In this document: in pieces, positions 20,793 through 28,798 of the stretch
Position numbering within the stretch: the first letter of the stretch is position 1
Layout: every line of letters starts with the position of its first letter
DNA from: a virus
Virus record (IMG/VR): IMGVR_UViG_3300006735_000001
Location: 1-64,000 of that record
Length of the DNA: 64,000 nt
Reading direction: 5' to 3' (one strand)
Position numbers and translations under genes: made by a program
The notes under the pieces: generated by a model
What the model saw: only the letters and a program-made list of their open reading frames with translations
The model's database searches: none
What the model was told of the DNA's origin: nothing

Positions 20793-21131
20793 CTATAATT
20801 TATTATTATTTTCATTTTCTATTTGTTTGGTTATTTCTTCTTCTTGCTCTTCTGTTACTAGAGCATCCCAAAACCCTTTTGGGCATTCTGATGAAAGTGA
20901 ACGTACTTTAAAAGCTAAACTACAACCACAATCAGAACAACATGGTTGAGTTCCTGGTGCTAAACAGTTATCTCCTTTTGCATCAAACATTCCACATTTT
21001 ATGCAAATTTGAAATCTATCTGTTGCAACTGCTTCTACATGTTGTTTTTTAAATACACTATTTTTTATTCCTTCTGCAATTTTACTTACATTTTTAAATG
21101 CATCTAAATATTTATTCCACTTATTTGGCAC
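20793..21131 (-). CDS. Cys-rich metal-binding protein
   Basis: CIKC...C...CCSDCGC...CPKGFW. Confidence 0.65.
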   Translation of the reverse strand: MPNKWNKYLDAFKNVSKIAEGIKNSVFKKQHVEAVATDRFQICIKCGMFDAKGDNCLAPGTQPCCSDCGCSLAFKVRSLSSECPKGFWDALVTEEQEEEITKQIENENNNKL

Positions 21132-21477
21132 TTTTAAATTTTTTTTTATTTTTTATATCTTCTTCTATTTGATTTAATCCATTAGTCATTTGTAAAATAT
21201 TTTTTTGTATGTCTTCACTTTTTGCAAAACCTAAATATGTTCTTTTAGCTAAGTTGCCTAAAATACTTTTATTTTTTTTTATTGCTTTTTCTAGTTTACT
21301 TTTTCTTAAATAAAAAGTACCCAATCCATCTACATGAATTCTAGGATATTCTAAATTAGATAATGCACTTCTAACTTTAGCAAAATAAAAAGTAATAAAA
21401 TCATCTACAACTGATGGATGTACACCCACTTCTTCTGCAATTCCTTCTTTTAATACTTTATGACTCTTTGGTTTCAT
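21121..21477 (-). CDS. HU/IHF-like DNA-binding protein
   Basis: IAEEVGV...VDDFI...IHVDGLGTFYLR. IHF-like genes are typical of crAss-like capsid modules. Confidence 0.7.
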   Translation of the reverse strand: MKPKSHKVLKEGIAEEVGVHPSVVDDFITFYFAKVRSALSNLEYPRIHVDGLGTFYLRKSKLEKAIKKNKSILGNLAKRTYLGFAKSEDIQKNILQMTNGLNQIEEDIKNKKKFKSAK

Positions 21478-21829
21478 TACCTAAAATTTTATAATCTAAT
21501 AATACTAAACCACTATTCTGTACATTAATTTCAGGATTAATAGATATAGTTTTTTTATTACTACCTTTCTTAATTAACAAATTCTTTTTTTCTGCTTTAG
21601 TGATAGCATTCCTAGCTGACTGAGGACTTTTAAATATATTATTATTAACTAATAATAGACAAAACTTTGTTAATTCCATTTTATTATTTTTTGATAAATA
21701 CATTAAAAATTTTAAATCTGAATTGGTTATTAATATACCATTAAAAAAACAATAAGTAAGTATTTGATACATAATTGATGTATCAATATCTACTTTTAAT
21801 TTTAAATCTACTTTATTTACTAATGCCAT
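21458..21829 (-). CDS. Putative winged-HTH protein
   Basis: LTNSDLKFL...SPQSARNAITKAEKKNLLIK...SINP. Confidence 0.5.
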   Translation of the reverse strand: MALVNKVDLKLKVDIDTSIMYQILTYCFFNGILITNSDLKFLMYLSKNNKMELTKFCLLLVNNNIFKSPQSARNAITKAEKKNLLIKKGSNKKTISINPEINVQNSGLVLLDYKILGNETKES

Positions 21830-21830
21830 T

Positions 21831-22751
21831 TTATAAACTTAATATCATATCTACTAAATCAGGATGTGGATAACAATCTGATTTTCCTTTTCTAACATTA
21901 CCATGAACTAACAACCCTTTAACCTTACCATAAAATGCATCTTCTTGGAAGTCAAATGCTTTAGTTGGTCCATACTTCTGAATAAATTGTTTTAAACCCA
22001 ATCTAATATCAACACCATCTCTTTCACCTACATACTTAATCCACTTTTCAGTTTCTTTAATTTGTTCAGGTGAATAATCTTGCCAATATAAATATCCTTT
22101 AAATGCCTCATCAAGTTTTCTTACTTGTGAGTCTATACAAGTTGATTTAACATATGTCTTTTTATCATTTGTTAAATAACCCATATTACATATTTCAATA
22201 CCAACTGAATGACGGTTCATCCATCCTGATCCGGTTTTTCCTAAATGCCAACCTTGTGCACCTTCAGGAAATGCTTGAACCATAACCCCATCATGTTGAT
22301 CATCACCATTTCTGTGATTAATACCCCCTAAAACAAATTCAGTGGCAACACGCCCCCGTGTATCTCTACCCCAATGATCTATACAAGCATAAGGATTTGC
22401 ATTACCAGCAGTATGATGTAAAAATACATATTCATTTTCAATTGGTCCTTTAATATATTCTCCTTTAGGTAAATAATGCTTATGTATTATCTGATCATAT
22501 GTAGTTGTAAAATACTGTAATTGAGAATCAGTATCTTCATCTATTTCATCAGGTACTGCATATTCTAAATTTAAAAGTAAGCTCCACATATCATTATCTA
22601 CTATACCGGTTACTGGTAAATTTTTATCTAATTGAAATCTTTCAACTCTTTTTTCTGTTTTAGGTCCAAATATACCATCAGGTGATGTACCTAATTTACT
22701 TTGTAATGTTCTTACATCTGGTCCTCTACTACCAATTTTTAACTGTCTCAT
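21831..22751 (-). CDS. Endolysin: peptidoglycan-binding domain plus N-acetylmuramoyl-L-alanine amidase (Amidase_2)
   Basis: LKIGSRGPDVRTLQ..DGIFGPKT..FQ (PG_binding_1), LHHTAG, AQGWHLG, SVGIEIC, H..VRKGKSDCYP. Confidence 0.9.
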   Translation of the reverse strand: MRQLKIGSRGPDVRTLQSKLGTSPDGIFGPKTEKRVERFQLDKNLPVTGIVDNDMWSLLLNLEYAVPDEIDEDTDSQLQYFTTTYDQIIHKHYLPKGEYIKGPIENEYVFLHHTAGNANPYACIDHWGRDTRGRVATEFVLGGINHRNGDDQHDGVMVQAFPEGAQGWHLGKTGSGWMNRHSVGIEICNMGYLTNDKKTYVKSTCIDSQVRKLDEAFKGYLYWQDYSPEQIKETEKWIKYVGERDGVDIRLGLKQFIQKYGPTKAFDFQEDAFYGKVKGLLVHGNVRKGKSDCYPHPDLVDMILSL

Positions 22752-22752
22752 A

Positions 22753-23052
22753 TTATTTTACATTTTTTGCAGCATTTTCCATTGCTTGTTTAAATTTTTT
22801 TGCTTCTTCGGAATTAGGTTTAACTCCTTCATTTTGTTTTTGTGCCATAAACATTTGAGCTTGCATTCTCTTAGCTCTTGATTCTTCTATCTCACATAAC
22901 AATGCTTCATATTTTGCTTGAGTCTTTAAGTGAGGAATGTTATCTGTGTAGAATTTAGTAATCTCTTTTCTACGTTGAGTAAGTTCTTCTTGAGAAAGTT
23001 GCGGTTTCTTTTCATTCAAAGAATCAATTCTCTTCTTGGTTTTTTCAGTCAT
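22753..23052 (-). CDS. Hypothetical coiled-coil protein
   Basis: 99-aa ORF with a TATATTTG element upstream (23083-23090). Confidence 0.6.
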   Translation of the reverse strand: MTEKTKKRIDSLNEKKPQLSQEELTQRRKEITKFYTDNIPHLKTQAKYEALLCEIEESRAKRMQAQMFMAQKQNEGVKPNSEEAKKFKQAMENAAKNVK

Positions 23053-23129
23053 TATTATATATTTTAATTAAACATTAGTTAACAAATATATACAATAATA
23101 GTTTAAATCAAAAAAGTTTAGTACTTTTT

Positions 23130-23369
23130 TTAAATTATGTTGTTTGAAAGTATCTTTATTAAATCCTGAACATCAGATGATGTATATAGACGGACTATTG
23201 GATTTTGTGTATTTGGTAATATAAGATCTACATACCATTCGTTTTCACCTGTTTGATGATTACCTACAGAAATAAAATCAATACTGGCTACACTAAAAGA
23301 ATAATAATAGAATCCATTTTCAGTATATATTTTTTGAAAACATAATTCTTTTATTGCATCTTCTGTCAT
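23130..23369 (-). CDS. Hypothetical protein
   Basis: 79 aa, tightly packed in the operon. Confidence 0.6.
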   Translation of the reverse strand: MTEDAIKELCFQKIYTENGFYYYSFSVASIDFISVGNHQTGENEWYVDLILPNTQNPIVRLYTSSDVQDLIKILSNNII

Positions 23370-23372
23370 TTC

Positions 23373-23663
23373 TTACCATTTTACTTTGTCTGCCCAATAA
23401 GCAGCACTCATTTTACCTTTTGCTATATTTTTTCCGTGTCTTGCTTTAAAGCTTTTACGTCTAGCTTTTTGTTTTGCTGATTCACCAGCTTTAGGTTTAC
23501 CAGCAGTCTTCACGCCTTGTTGTCCAAAACGTATTGTCTTGATCTTATCTCCTTGTTTAGCAACTACTACATGTGATTTCTTAGGGTGACTAGGAGTTCT
23601 TTTAGGTTTATTATAACCTGAAACACCTGCTTTTACTAATCTTGAATCTTTTTTCTTTGCCAT
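23373..23663 (-). CDS. Small highly basic protein
   Basis: 96 aa, K/R-rich. Contains IRFGQQG, ARRKSFKARH and SAAYWADKVKW. Confidence 0.75.
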   Translation of the reverse strand: MAKKKDSRLVKAGVSGYNKPKRTPSHPKKSHVVVAKQGDKIKTIRFGQQGVKTAGKPKAGESAKQKARRKSFKARHGKNIAKGKMSAAYWADKVKW

Positions 23664-23666
23664 AAC

Positions 23667-23909
23667 TTATCTTTTCTTTCCTTTATGTAAGCCATGACTA
23701 GCATGTTGTTTACCTTTTTTAGTAGCAGCTCTTTTCTTTTTGTTCGCTGCAGCTAATTTTGCTCTACCTTTTTTTGTTCCCTTTAATTTAGCTATTGTTT
23801 TAGCAGGTGCGTATACCTCACCAGTTTTTGAAGACTTCTTACCACTAGGCGTTCTCCATTTCTGTTTAGTCCATCTTGTTAAACTTTTTTGCTGTTTAGT
23901 CTTAGCCAT
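23667..23909 (-). CDS. Small highly basic protein
   Basis: 80 aa, almost no acidic residues. QKSLTRWTKQKWRT. Confidence 0.75.
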   Translation of the reverse strand: MAKTKQQKSLTRWTKQKWRTPSGKKSSKTGEVYAPAKTIAKLKGTKKGRAKLAAANKKKRAATKKGKQHASHGLHKGKKR

Positions 23910-23920
23910 TACTTTCTCTT

Positions 23921-24100
23921 TTATCTTGTTGTAAATGTATGTAAACTAAATAATACCATGACAGAAAATAATACACCTAATACAGCATGATCATTTTGAG
24001 TTACTATAGGCCTATCTTTTCTTTCCCACGAAGGCTTTGAGGAGCCACAAGTAAATAATAACATACAACATAACGATATTAAGATTATATTTTTACGCAT
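23921..24100 (-). CDS. Small lipoprotein-like/membrane protein, not in the ORF track
   Basis: MRKNIILISLCCMLLFTCGSSKPSWEKKDRPIVTQNDHAVLGVLFSVMVLFSLHTFTTR*. Joined to the upstream ORF by a TAATG overlap. Confidence 0.6.
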   Translation of the reverse strand: MRKNIILISLCCMLLFTCGSSKPSWERKDRPIVTQNDHAVLGVLFSVMVLFSLHTFTTR

Positions 24101-24246
24101 TATTTTTTATGTACTTTTTGTATTGCAAAATTATGTGATAAACTTGCACCTTTGTGTGCAACAAACTTGCCACTATGCTTCATAAGCTTTGGTGCTCCTT
24201 TACCAGACTTCATCCAGTGATATCCTTTTGGTGCTTTTACTTTCAT
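24100..24246 (-). CDS. Small basic protein, not in the ORF track
   Basis: MKVKAPKGYHWMKSGKGAPKLMKHSGKFVAHKGASLSHNFAIQKVHKK*, 48 aa with no D/E. TAATG overlaps on both sides. Confidence 0.7.
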   Translation of the reverse strand: MKVKAPKGYHWMKSGKGAPKLMKHSGKFVAHKGASLSHNFAIQKVHKK

Positions 24247-24443
24247 TACTTTTTACTTTTATAACCTCCACCAGCTGCTTTATATCTTTTAGCTAGCATT
24301 TGTGCCTTACGTGCAGACCATTGTCCAGCACCACCACCTTTGCTCCCGGCTTTAATTGAATTAAACAATCTTTTACGCATTCCTGGTTTAGTATAGTTTC
24401 CAGAACTATTTACCGTACTTTTCTTTTTCTTTTTTACTGCCAT
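24246..24443 (-). CDS. Small highly basic protein
   Basis: 65 aa with no D/E. YTKPGMR...GQWSARKAQMLAKRYKAAGGGY. Confidence 0.75.
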   Translation of the reverse strand: MAVKKKKKSTVNSSGNYTKPGMRKRLFNSIKAGSKGGGAGQWSARKAQMLAKRYKAAGGGYKSKK

Positions 24444-24763
24444 TACGCTTCATATTTTTTTGGATACGTTTTATCAAGTATTGATTGCAGTTTAGCACAC
24501 CTTTCATACTCTTCCAACTCTATCCAATGTTCTATCATATTTTGTAATTCTTCTTCTTTCGGCCCATTCTCTGGATCAAATGCCATTATCATTTGTTCCT
24601 CGCTACCAAATGAATCACTTAAAAGCTCTTCAAAAGAAATTTGACCAGAAAGTATAATCCAGGCATTGTAATATGCCTTATCAAGTAATATCTTATCAAG
24701 TTCTGCCTGTGCAATGCTACTCATCACATCATCTTTGTCCTCTGAATAATTATTGTCAGCCAT
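24443..24763 (-). CDS. Acidic protein with a C-terminal UVR-like motif
   Basis: IELEEYERCAKLQSIL. First gene after the 24789 promoter motif. Confidence 0.6.
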   Translation of the reverse strand: MADNNYSEDKDDVMSSIAQAELDKILLDKAYYNAWIILSGQISFEELLSDSFGSEEQMIMAFDPENGPKEEELQNMIEHWIELEEYERCAKLQSILDKTYPKKYEA

Positions 24764-24788
24764 AATATTTTATCAATTTGAAACTCTT

Positions 24789-24808
24789 CTATAAAGACAA
24801 TATACTAA
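24789..24808 (-). promoter_or_regulatory. Putative late promoter
   Basis: TTAGTATATTGTCTTTATAG on the minus strand. Confidence 0.55.
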
Positions 24809-24904
24809 AAATTGCAACTTAATAAAAGTCCTTGGCTCAGAAATTTTACTTTTCCCCTATACAAATGTTGTGTGTTTGGCGTGAACAAGGGGTTTCTACA
24901 GTTT

Positions 24905-24923
24905 GCTCCCCAACTAAATTTTG
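24905..24923 (+). repeat. 19-bp motif GCTCCCMARCTAWRTWTTG, copy 1
   Basis: GCTCCCCAACTAAATTTTG. Other copies at 25146 and 26353. Confidence 0.6.
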
Positions 24924-25145
24924 TGGCGTGGGTACCCCCGTCATTGACTATACTGCTGATAACAGTTTTGCATAGTCAGGGTGGGGTATGTCTGTGGCTA
25001 AGGTATATAGTACATATGTAGGTAGGTGATAGCATCTATGTGTACTGTCTGCTGGGTGTTTGTTTGTTTGTCTACAAAGAAAGTAGGTCAGAGAAAGTCT
25101 CTGTGTAATAATTAGAATAGACAAATACTTTATCATTAGCCTTCG

Positions 25146-25164
25146 GCTCCCAAGCTATATATTG
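25146..25164 (+). repeat. 19-bp motif, copy 2 (candidate early promoter)
   Basis: GCTCCCAAGCTATATATTG, upstream of the first plus-strand gene. Confidence 0.6.
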
Positions 25165-25300
25165 TGTCATTGTTGTTGTGGCACATTAATAAATCAATTT
25201 CGGGATTGTAATAACAACTGCAATTCCATTAACTCAGGGTCTATATAGGCCCAACAAAACCGCAGCTTGTGCAGGGATTTGTACTGCATAGCAATTTATT

Positions 25301-25765
25301 ATGATTAATGTCATAACTGGTACTAAAGGTGCCAACAAGGGTAAAACTATCCAAGTAAGTAAAGACCCAAAGATAGGGTTTGTAACTGTTCAATCAGAGA
25401 CAGATGTCTTACGTAATGGCTGGTTTGATACCAAGAAGCTTACTACTAATGTACGTGGTCCAATTGAAAAGCTCCAAAAGATAGGAGACTGGCAAGATTA
25501 TGTGCAGGGTGGTAAGATTATTGTGGTGGAATCACTCACACCAATCAATAGCTCTGATAAGTCTCAAGGACTTAAATTAGCAGGGGAAACAGGAGTAGTG
25601 TGTATGAAAGACGGAAGTCCTATCTACAGACAAACTGAATTCACCAAAGAGCCAAGTGCTCACAACGTCTATATTCAACACACTAATATAGATGAAATAC
25701 GCAAAGCTAATGGCATTGAAACTAAAGCAGTAGCTTTAGAAGACTATGTAAAGCAACAAGCGTAA
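25301..25765 (+). CDS. Early protein, paralog of 29201..29782
   Basis: GKIIVVESLTP...LKLAGETGVVC..GSPIYRQTEF...IQH is shared with the paralog. Confidence 0.75.
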   Translation: MINVITGTKGANKGKTIQVSKDPKIGFVTVQSETDVLRNGWFDTKKLTTNVRGPIEKLQKIGDWQDYVQGGKIIVVESLTPINSSDKSQGLKLAGETGVVCMKDGSPIYRQTEFTKEPSAHNVYIQHTNIDEIRKANGIETKAVALEDYVKQQA

Positions 25766-25772
25766 TCTAATT

Positions 25773-25803
25773 AGGGAGAGTGTAACAGCTCTCCCTTTTT
25801 TTT
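25773..25803 (+). terminator. Rho-independent terminator
   Basis: AGGGAGAG-TGTAACAG-CTCTCCCT followed by a T-run. Confidence 0.85.
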
Positions 25804-25838
25804 AACTTAAAGCTGGAGAGCATCGTACTCACTATATT

Positions 25839-26123
25839 ATGGAGTATTTCAAAGGACATAGAAAAGTGCAAATGGATAAGCACTTGTATAAAATGCATCA
25901 CAAGATAAAACTAAAGCTTGATGCTATCTGCTTAGAGGCAGGAGATTTAAATGTAGAAGAGTTTATGCAAGTGTATGAATCTCTCAAACAAGATGTTTAT
26001 AGTTTTGTGGAGGAAAGAGATGACTTCTACAAAAAGAATCCAAACGTAGGTAAAATACCTCTAACAGGTATTAACCGTAACTTCCAAGAAGATATGATTA
26101 ATGATATGGATGTGGGATTATGA
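25839..26123 (+). CDS. Hypothetical early protein
   Basis: 94-aa ORF. Confidence 0.65.
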   Translation: MEYFKGHRKVQMDKHLYKMHHKIKLKLDAICLEAGDLNVEEFMQVYESLKQDVYSFVEERDDFYKKNPNVGKIPLTGINRNFQEDMINDMDVGL

Positions 26124-26245
26124 AACAGAAACCAATAGGAAAGGTACATCTAAAAGGTATCAATGATAAAGCATACGCTAAGTATAAAGCTAAGCAAGAT
26201 GCTAAACCAAAACATTCTAATAACCTATGGCTACATTTGTCATAG
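26120..26245 (+). CDS. Small basic protein, not in the ORF track
   Basis: MKQKPIGKVHLKGINDKAYAKYKAKQDAKPKHSNNLWLHLS*. ATGA overlap with the upstream gene. Confidence 0.5.
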   Translation: MKQKPIGKVHLKGINDKAYAKYKAKQDAKPKHSNNLWLHLS

Positions 26246-26253
26246 GTTTTTTT
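26222..26253 (+). terminator. Rho-independent terminator
   Basis: AACCTATGGC-TACATTT-GTCATAGGTT followed by a T-run. Confidence 0.65.
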
Positions 26254-26352
26254 TATTAAGCGGAATGTTACAGACCTTAACTAAATTCTACTGTTATCTC
26301 TGTTAGTTGTTGTGCATAGTACTGCATTTTAGTTAAAGTTTGCGTGCTGTCT

Positions 26353-26371
26353 GCTCCCCAGCTATGTTTTG
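26353..26371 (+). repeat. 19-bp motif, copy 3
   Basis: GCTCCCCAGCTATGTTTTG in a 500-bp ORF-free region. Confidence 0.6.
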
Positions 26372-26748
26372 CTACTATTATCTAGATAAATTGTTAATTG
26401 TTGTGGTAAATTGTTAATTATGCACGTGTGTGTGTCAATAGTACATCTCAAATCCCACATAATACCACCTTTTACCACTTGATAAAAATAATTACATCTT
26501 ATAATATTAATATAGCTAACATCAATAACTAGAGCAATGAGTCAAGCAATACCACTTACTATTCTGAAATAGTGTAAGCCATTGGACAACTAAGACATGA
26601 TACACATGTATAGTTAGTCAACACTTAGATCTAAGGGATCTACATTAAGATGGATAAGCACTCTAGTTATATGTTAGTCTCTTCCTCTATAGGATAAGAG
26701 CCATATTACCCGCAATATTGCAATCAACCACTAATATACTAAATCGTT

Positions 26749-26931
26749 ATGTCAAATAATATATCAGAATTACAAGTGCTTAAATCTAATGCAGGTTATT
26801 ACGTAGGTCGTACAGAGAATGGTATGCCTTATAGCCGTCAATCAGACTATTTTAGAGATAGAATAGATGCTGAAAAAGCATATACTATAATAGCCACCTT
26901 TGGCAAAAAAAATCCATTAATAAATTTTTAA
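26749..26931 (+). CDS. Hypothetical early protein
   Basis: VLKSNAGYYVG...PYSRQSDYF, a pattern seen in small phage proteins. Confidence 0.65.
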   Translation: MSNNISELQVLKSNAGYYVGRTENGMPYSRQSDYFRDRIDAEKAYTIIATFGKKNPLINF

Positions 26932-26946
26932 ATAAAGCTAATAAGT

Positions 26947-27231
26947 ATGAAAATAAAAGTAATTAAACCAGAACAATTCGTGACATGGGGTAATGCTATA
27001 GGCATTGTCTTATACAGTAGAGAACAAGATGCTACTGTAAACTTCTTCACAGCTGATATGGAATGCAGTCGTGTTAAAAGAGAAGAACTAGGTTCGCCAT
27101 CATTGGTTGAGCTTAAATTAGAATTACAAAGTAATAACTCGTTAAGATATATTGCTAAAGAAAACTATTTAATAACCGTAACTGAAGACATGGGGATAGA
27201 GTATCTCAAGTATGCTAACAGTTACAACTAA
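26947..27231 (+). CDS. Hypothetical protein
   Basis: 94-aa ORF. Confidence 0.6.
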   Translation: MKIKVIKPEQFVTWGNAIGIVLYSREQDATVNFFTADMECSRVKREELGSPSLVELKLELQSNNSLRYIAKENYLITVTEDMGIEYLKYANSYN

Positions 27232-27243
27232 ATTTAAACACTC

Positions 27244-27405
27244 ATGAAAAAAACAATTTATTTATTATTGGCTCTATTTCTTTTAGGGCCAATTCTTACA
27301 TCGTGTGGTTCAAGTAGAACCTGCAAGACAAAGAAATACAAGAAGAGCATGTACCAAAAGAAATGTTGGAGTGCTAAGAAACAACGTTATACAAGATGCA
27401 GATGA
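27244..27405 (+). CDS. Small basic lipoprotein, not in the ORF track
   Basis: MKKTIYLLLALFLLGPILTSCGSSRTCKTKKYKKSMYQKKCWSAKKQRYTRCR*. Signal peptide with lipobox LTSC. Confidence 0.7.
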   Translation: MKKTIYLLLALFLLGPILTSCGSSRTCKTKKYKKSMYQKKCWSAKKQRYTRCR

Positions 27406-27728
27406 AAGATATATTAAGAAAGTTCATAAAAGTCTTATATGTAGTCATTGTACCAATAATGGCTATATGGAGCGCATCGTGGTATTACATAGTAATGGGA
27501 CCTGATAGTCATGCATTTTTAGTTGTGTGTATGGTAGCTGTATTAGCATGTCTTAGTTCATTTCTATGCACAATTTATATGAATAAGGTAAAGGTACTAC
27601 CCAAAACAACATTTGAGTTTGTGCCTATGATAGGTTTTGCTATAGGGATTGATAATGTAAGCTATAAAAATAACTCTGTAGTTATATTATTACCTTTCAT
27701 ATTAATTGAATTTAAAAACCGTAAATAG
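27396..27728 (+). CDS. Membrane protein
   Basis: At least two strongly hydrophobic segments. Confidence 0.65.
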   Translation: MQMKDILRKFIKVLYVVIVPIMAIWSASWYYIVMGPDSHAFLVVCMVAVLACLSSFLCTIYMNKVKVLPKTTFEFVPMIGFAIGIDNVSYKNNSVVILLPFILIEFKNRK

Positions 27729-27854
27729 CCAACATATGAGCCACTAACAATACCAGTAATATTATATATATAATAACACTAGGTATTAAGGCTAGGAACC
27801 GTGAGTGGTTTGAGAAGAGAAGGTCTCTACCTTTTTATCATACTTGTTTAAGGT

Positions 27855-28409
27855 ATGAGACCTAACTCTTATAATAACAATTTTATAAAAATGAAGAAAA
27901 TAGAAATACCAAAGAAAGTAACAGCATCACTGTTAAGAGATTTAATAAGTGAAGCACCAATTAGAAACAAAGCAAATAGTAATTTAATATTTGATAAAAT
28001 ATTTAAAAGCCTTGATGAGTATCAGATATCAAGTATAATAACATTAATGTTATCAGAAGAACCTTATAAAGCTTTATCATTAAATGATTATGTAATAGTT
28101 AGACCACCAAATTATCACAAAGGAGATAAATATGAAGAAGATGTTCTAAAAGATATTGGATTACTTCATAAATCAGGTAAGGTATATGGTAATGTAATTG
28201 GAGATGGCTCTTGGAATGGTGATTTTGATCCACTATCTGCTAGAATTAAGGTACATCTGTTATATCATAATGCTGATAAAAAACTAGAAGTTTATGAAGA
28301 TAGTTATAGTCCTTTTGAACTAAAACGTGTTTCTAAAAATTCAATTAAATATTATAATCCTAAGAAAGATGCCAAAACTAACACAGGAGTTGATCAGATC
28401 ACATTATAA
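27855..28409 (+). CDS. Hypothetical protein (start probably 27891)
   Basis: 184-aa ORF. Confidence 0.65.
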   Translation: MRPNSYNNNFIKMKKIEIPKKVTASLLRDLISEAPIRNKANSNLIFDKIFKSLDEYQISSIITLMLSEEPYKALSLNDYVIVRPPNYHKGDKYEEDVLKDIGLLHKSGKVYGNVIGDGSWNGDFDPLSARIKVHLLYHNADKKLEVYEDSYSPFELKRVSKNSIKYYNPKKDAKTNTGVDQITL

Positions 28410-28563
28410 ATCATGGAAGAATAAAGAGTCTATTAAATCAAGCTTTGGCTATACTATGAATGAGATGTATAATCTTAATGACATAGAGTTAGCTAAAGAA
28501 AGAGATGATAACTTTGCATTTCTAAGATTATTAAGAGATCATGTCTACAAAAATGAAACTTGA
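28369..28563 (+). CDS. Hypothetical protein
   Basis: Track ORF 28327..28563; the ATG at 28369 (MPKLTQEL) is the likelier start. Confidence 0.55.
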   Translation: MPKLTQELIRSHYKSWKNKESIKSSFGYTMNEMYNLNDIELAKERDDNFAFLRLLRDHVYKNET

Positions 28564-28798
28564 TAGATTTGGAATAGTAAAGCATATAGTGCTTACTGAT
28601 CCAGAGATATCTATCCAAGCAAAGGGTTTGTATAGCGTATTATGTTGCTATGCAAATGCTAATAGAGTATGTTGGCCCTCATTAAGTACACTAGCTGATG
28701 TCACTGACACAAGTCAATCATCAATCAAAAGGTACTTATTAGAGCTAAAAACTCACAATATAATACATAGAGAAGGAAGAAAGCTAAGAATTATTTAA
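28541..28798 (+). CDS. Winged-HTH DNA-binding protein (HTH_36-like)
   Basis: ISIQAKGLYSVL...CWPSLSTLAD...SQSSIKRYLLELK..NII. Confidence 0.8.
   Translation: MSTKMKLDRFGIVKHIVLTDPEISIQAKGLYSVLCCYANANRVCWPSLSTLADVTDTSQSSIKRYLLELKTHNIIHREGRKLRII

Noticed and set aside
47-22751. Plus-strand ORFs in the track (47, 1448, 3622, 4663, 5542, 11269, 11649, 13080, 14929, 16921, 17152, 17509, 19683, 20684)
   Set aside because: Antisense shadows of well-supported minus-strand genes, with no recognisable motifs.
23740-25136. Track ORFs 23740(+), 24812(+), 24948(-)
   Set aside because: One is antisense to a real gene. The others lie in the structured control region with atypical composition.
24810-26748. 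CRISPR mini-array or tRNA in the non-coding region
   Set aside because: The 19-bp repeats are imperfect and about 240 and 1200 bp apart. I saw no cloverleaf or GTTCRA T-arm.
27305-27505. 66-aa track ORF
   Set aside because: Out-of-frame overlap with the better lipoprotein ORF 27244..27405 and with 27396..27728.
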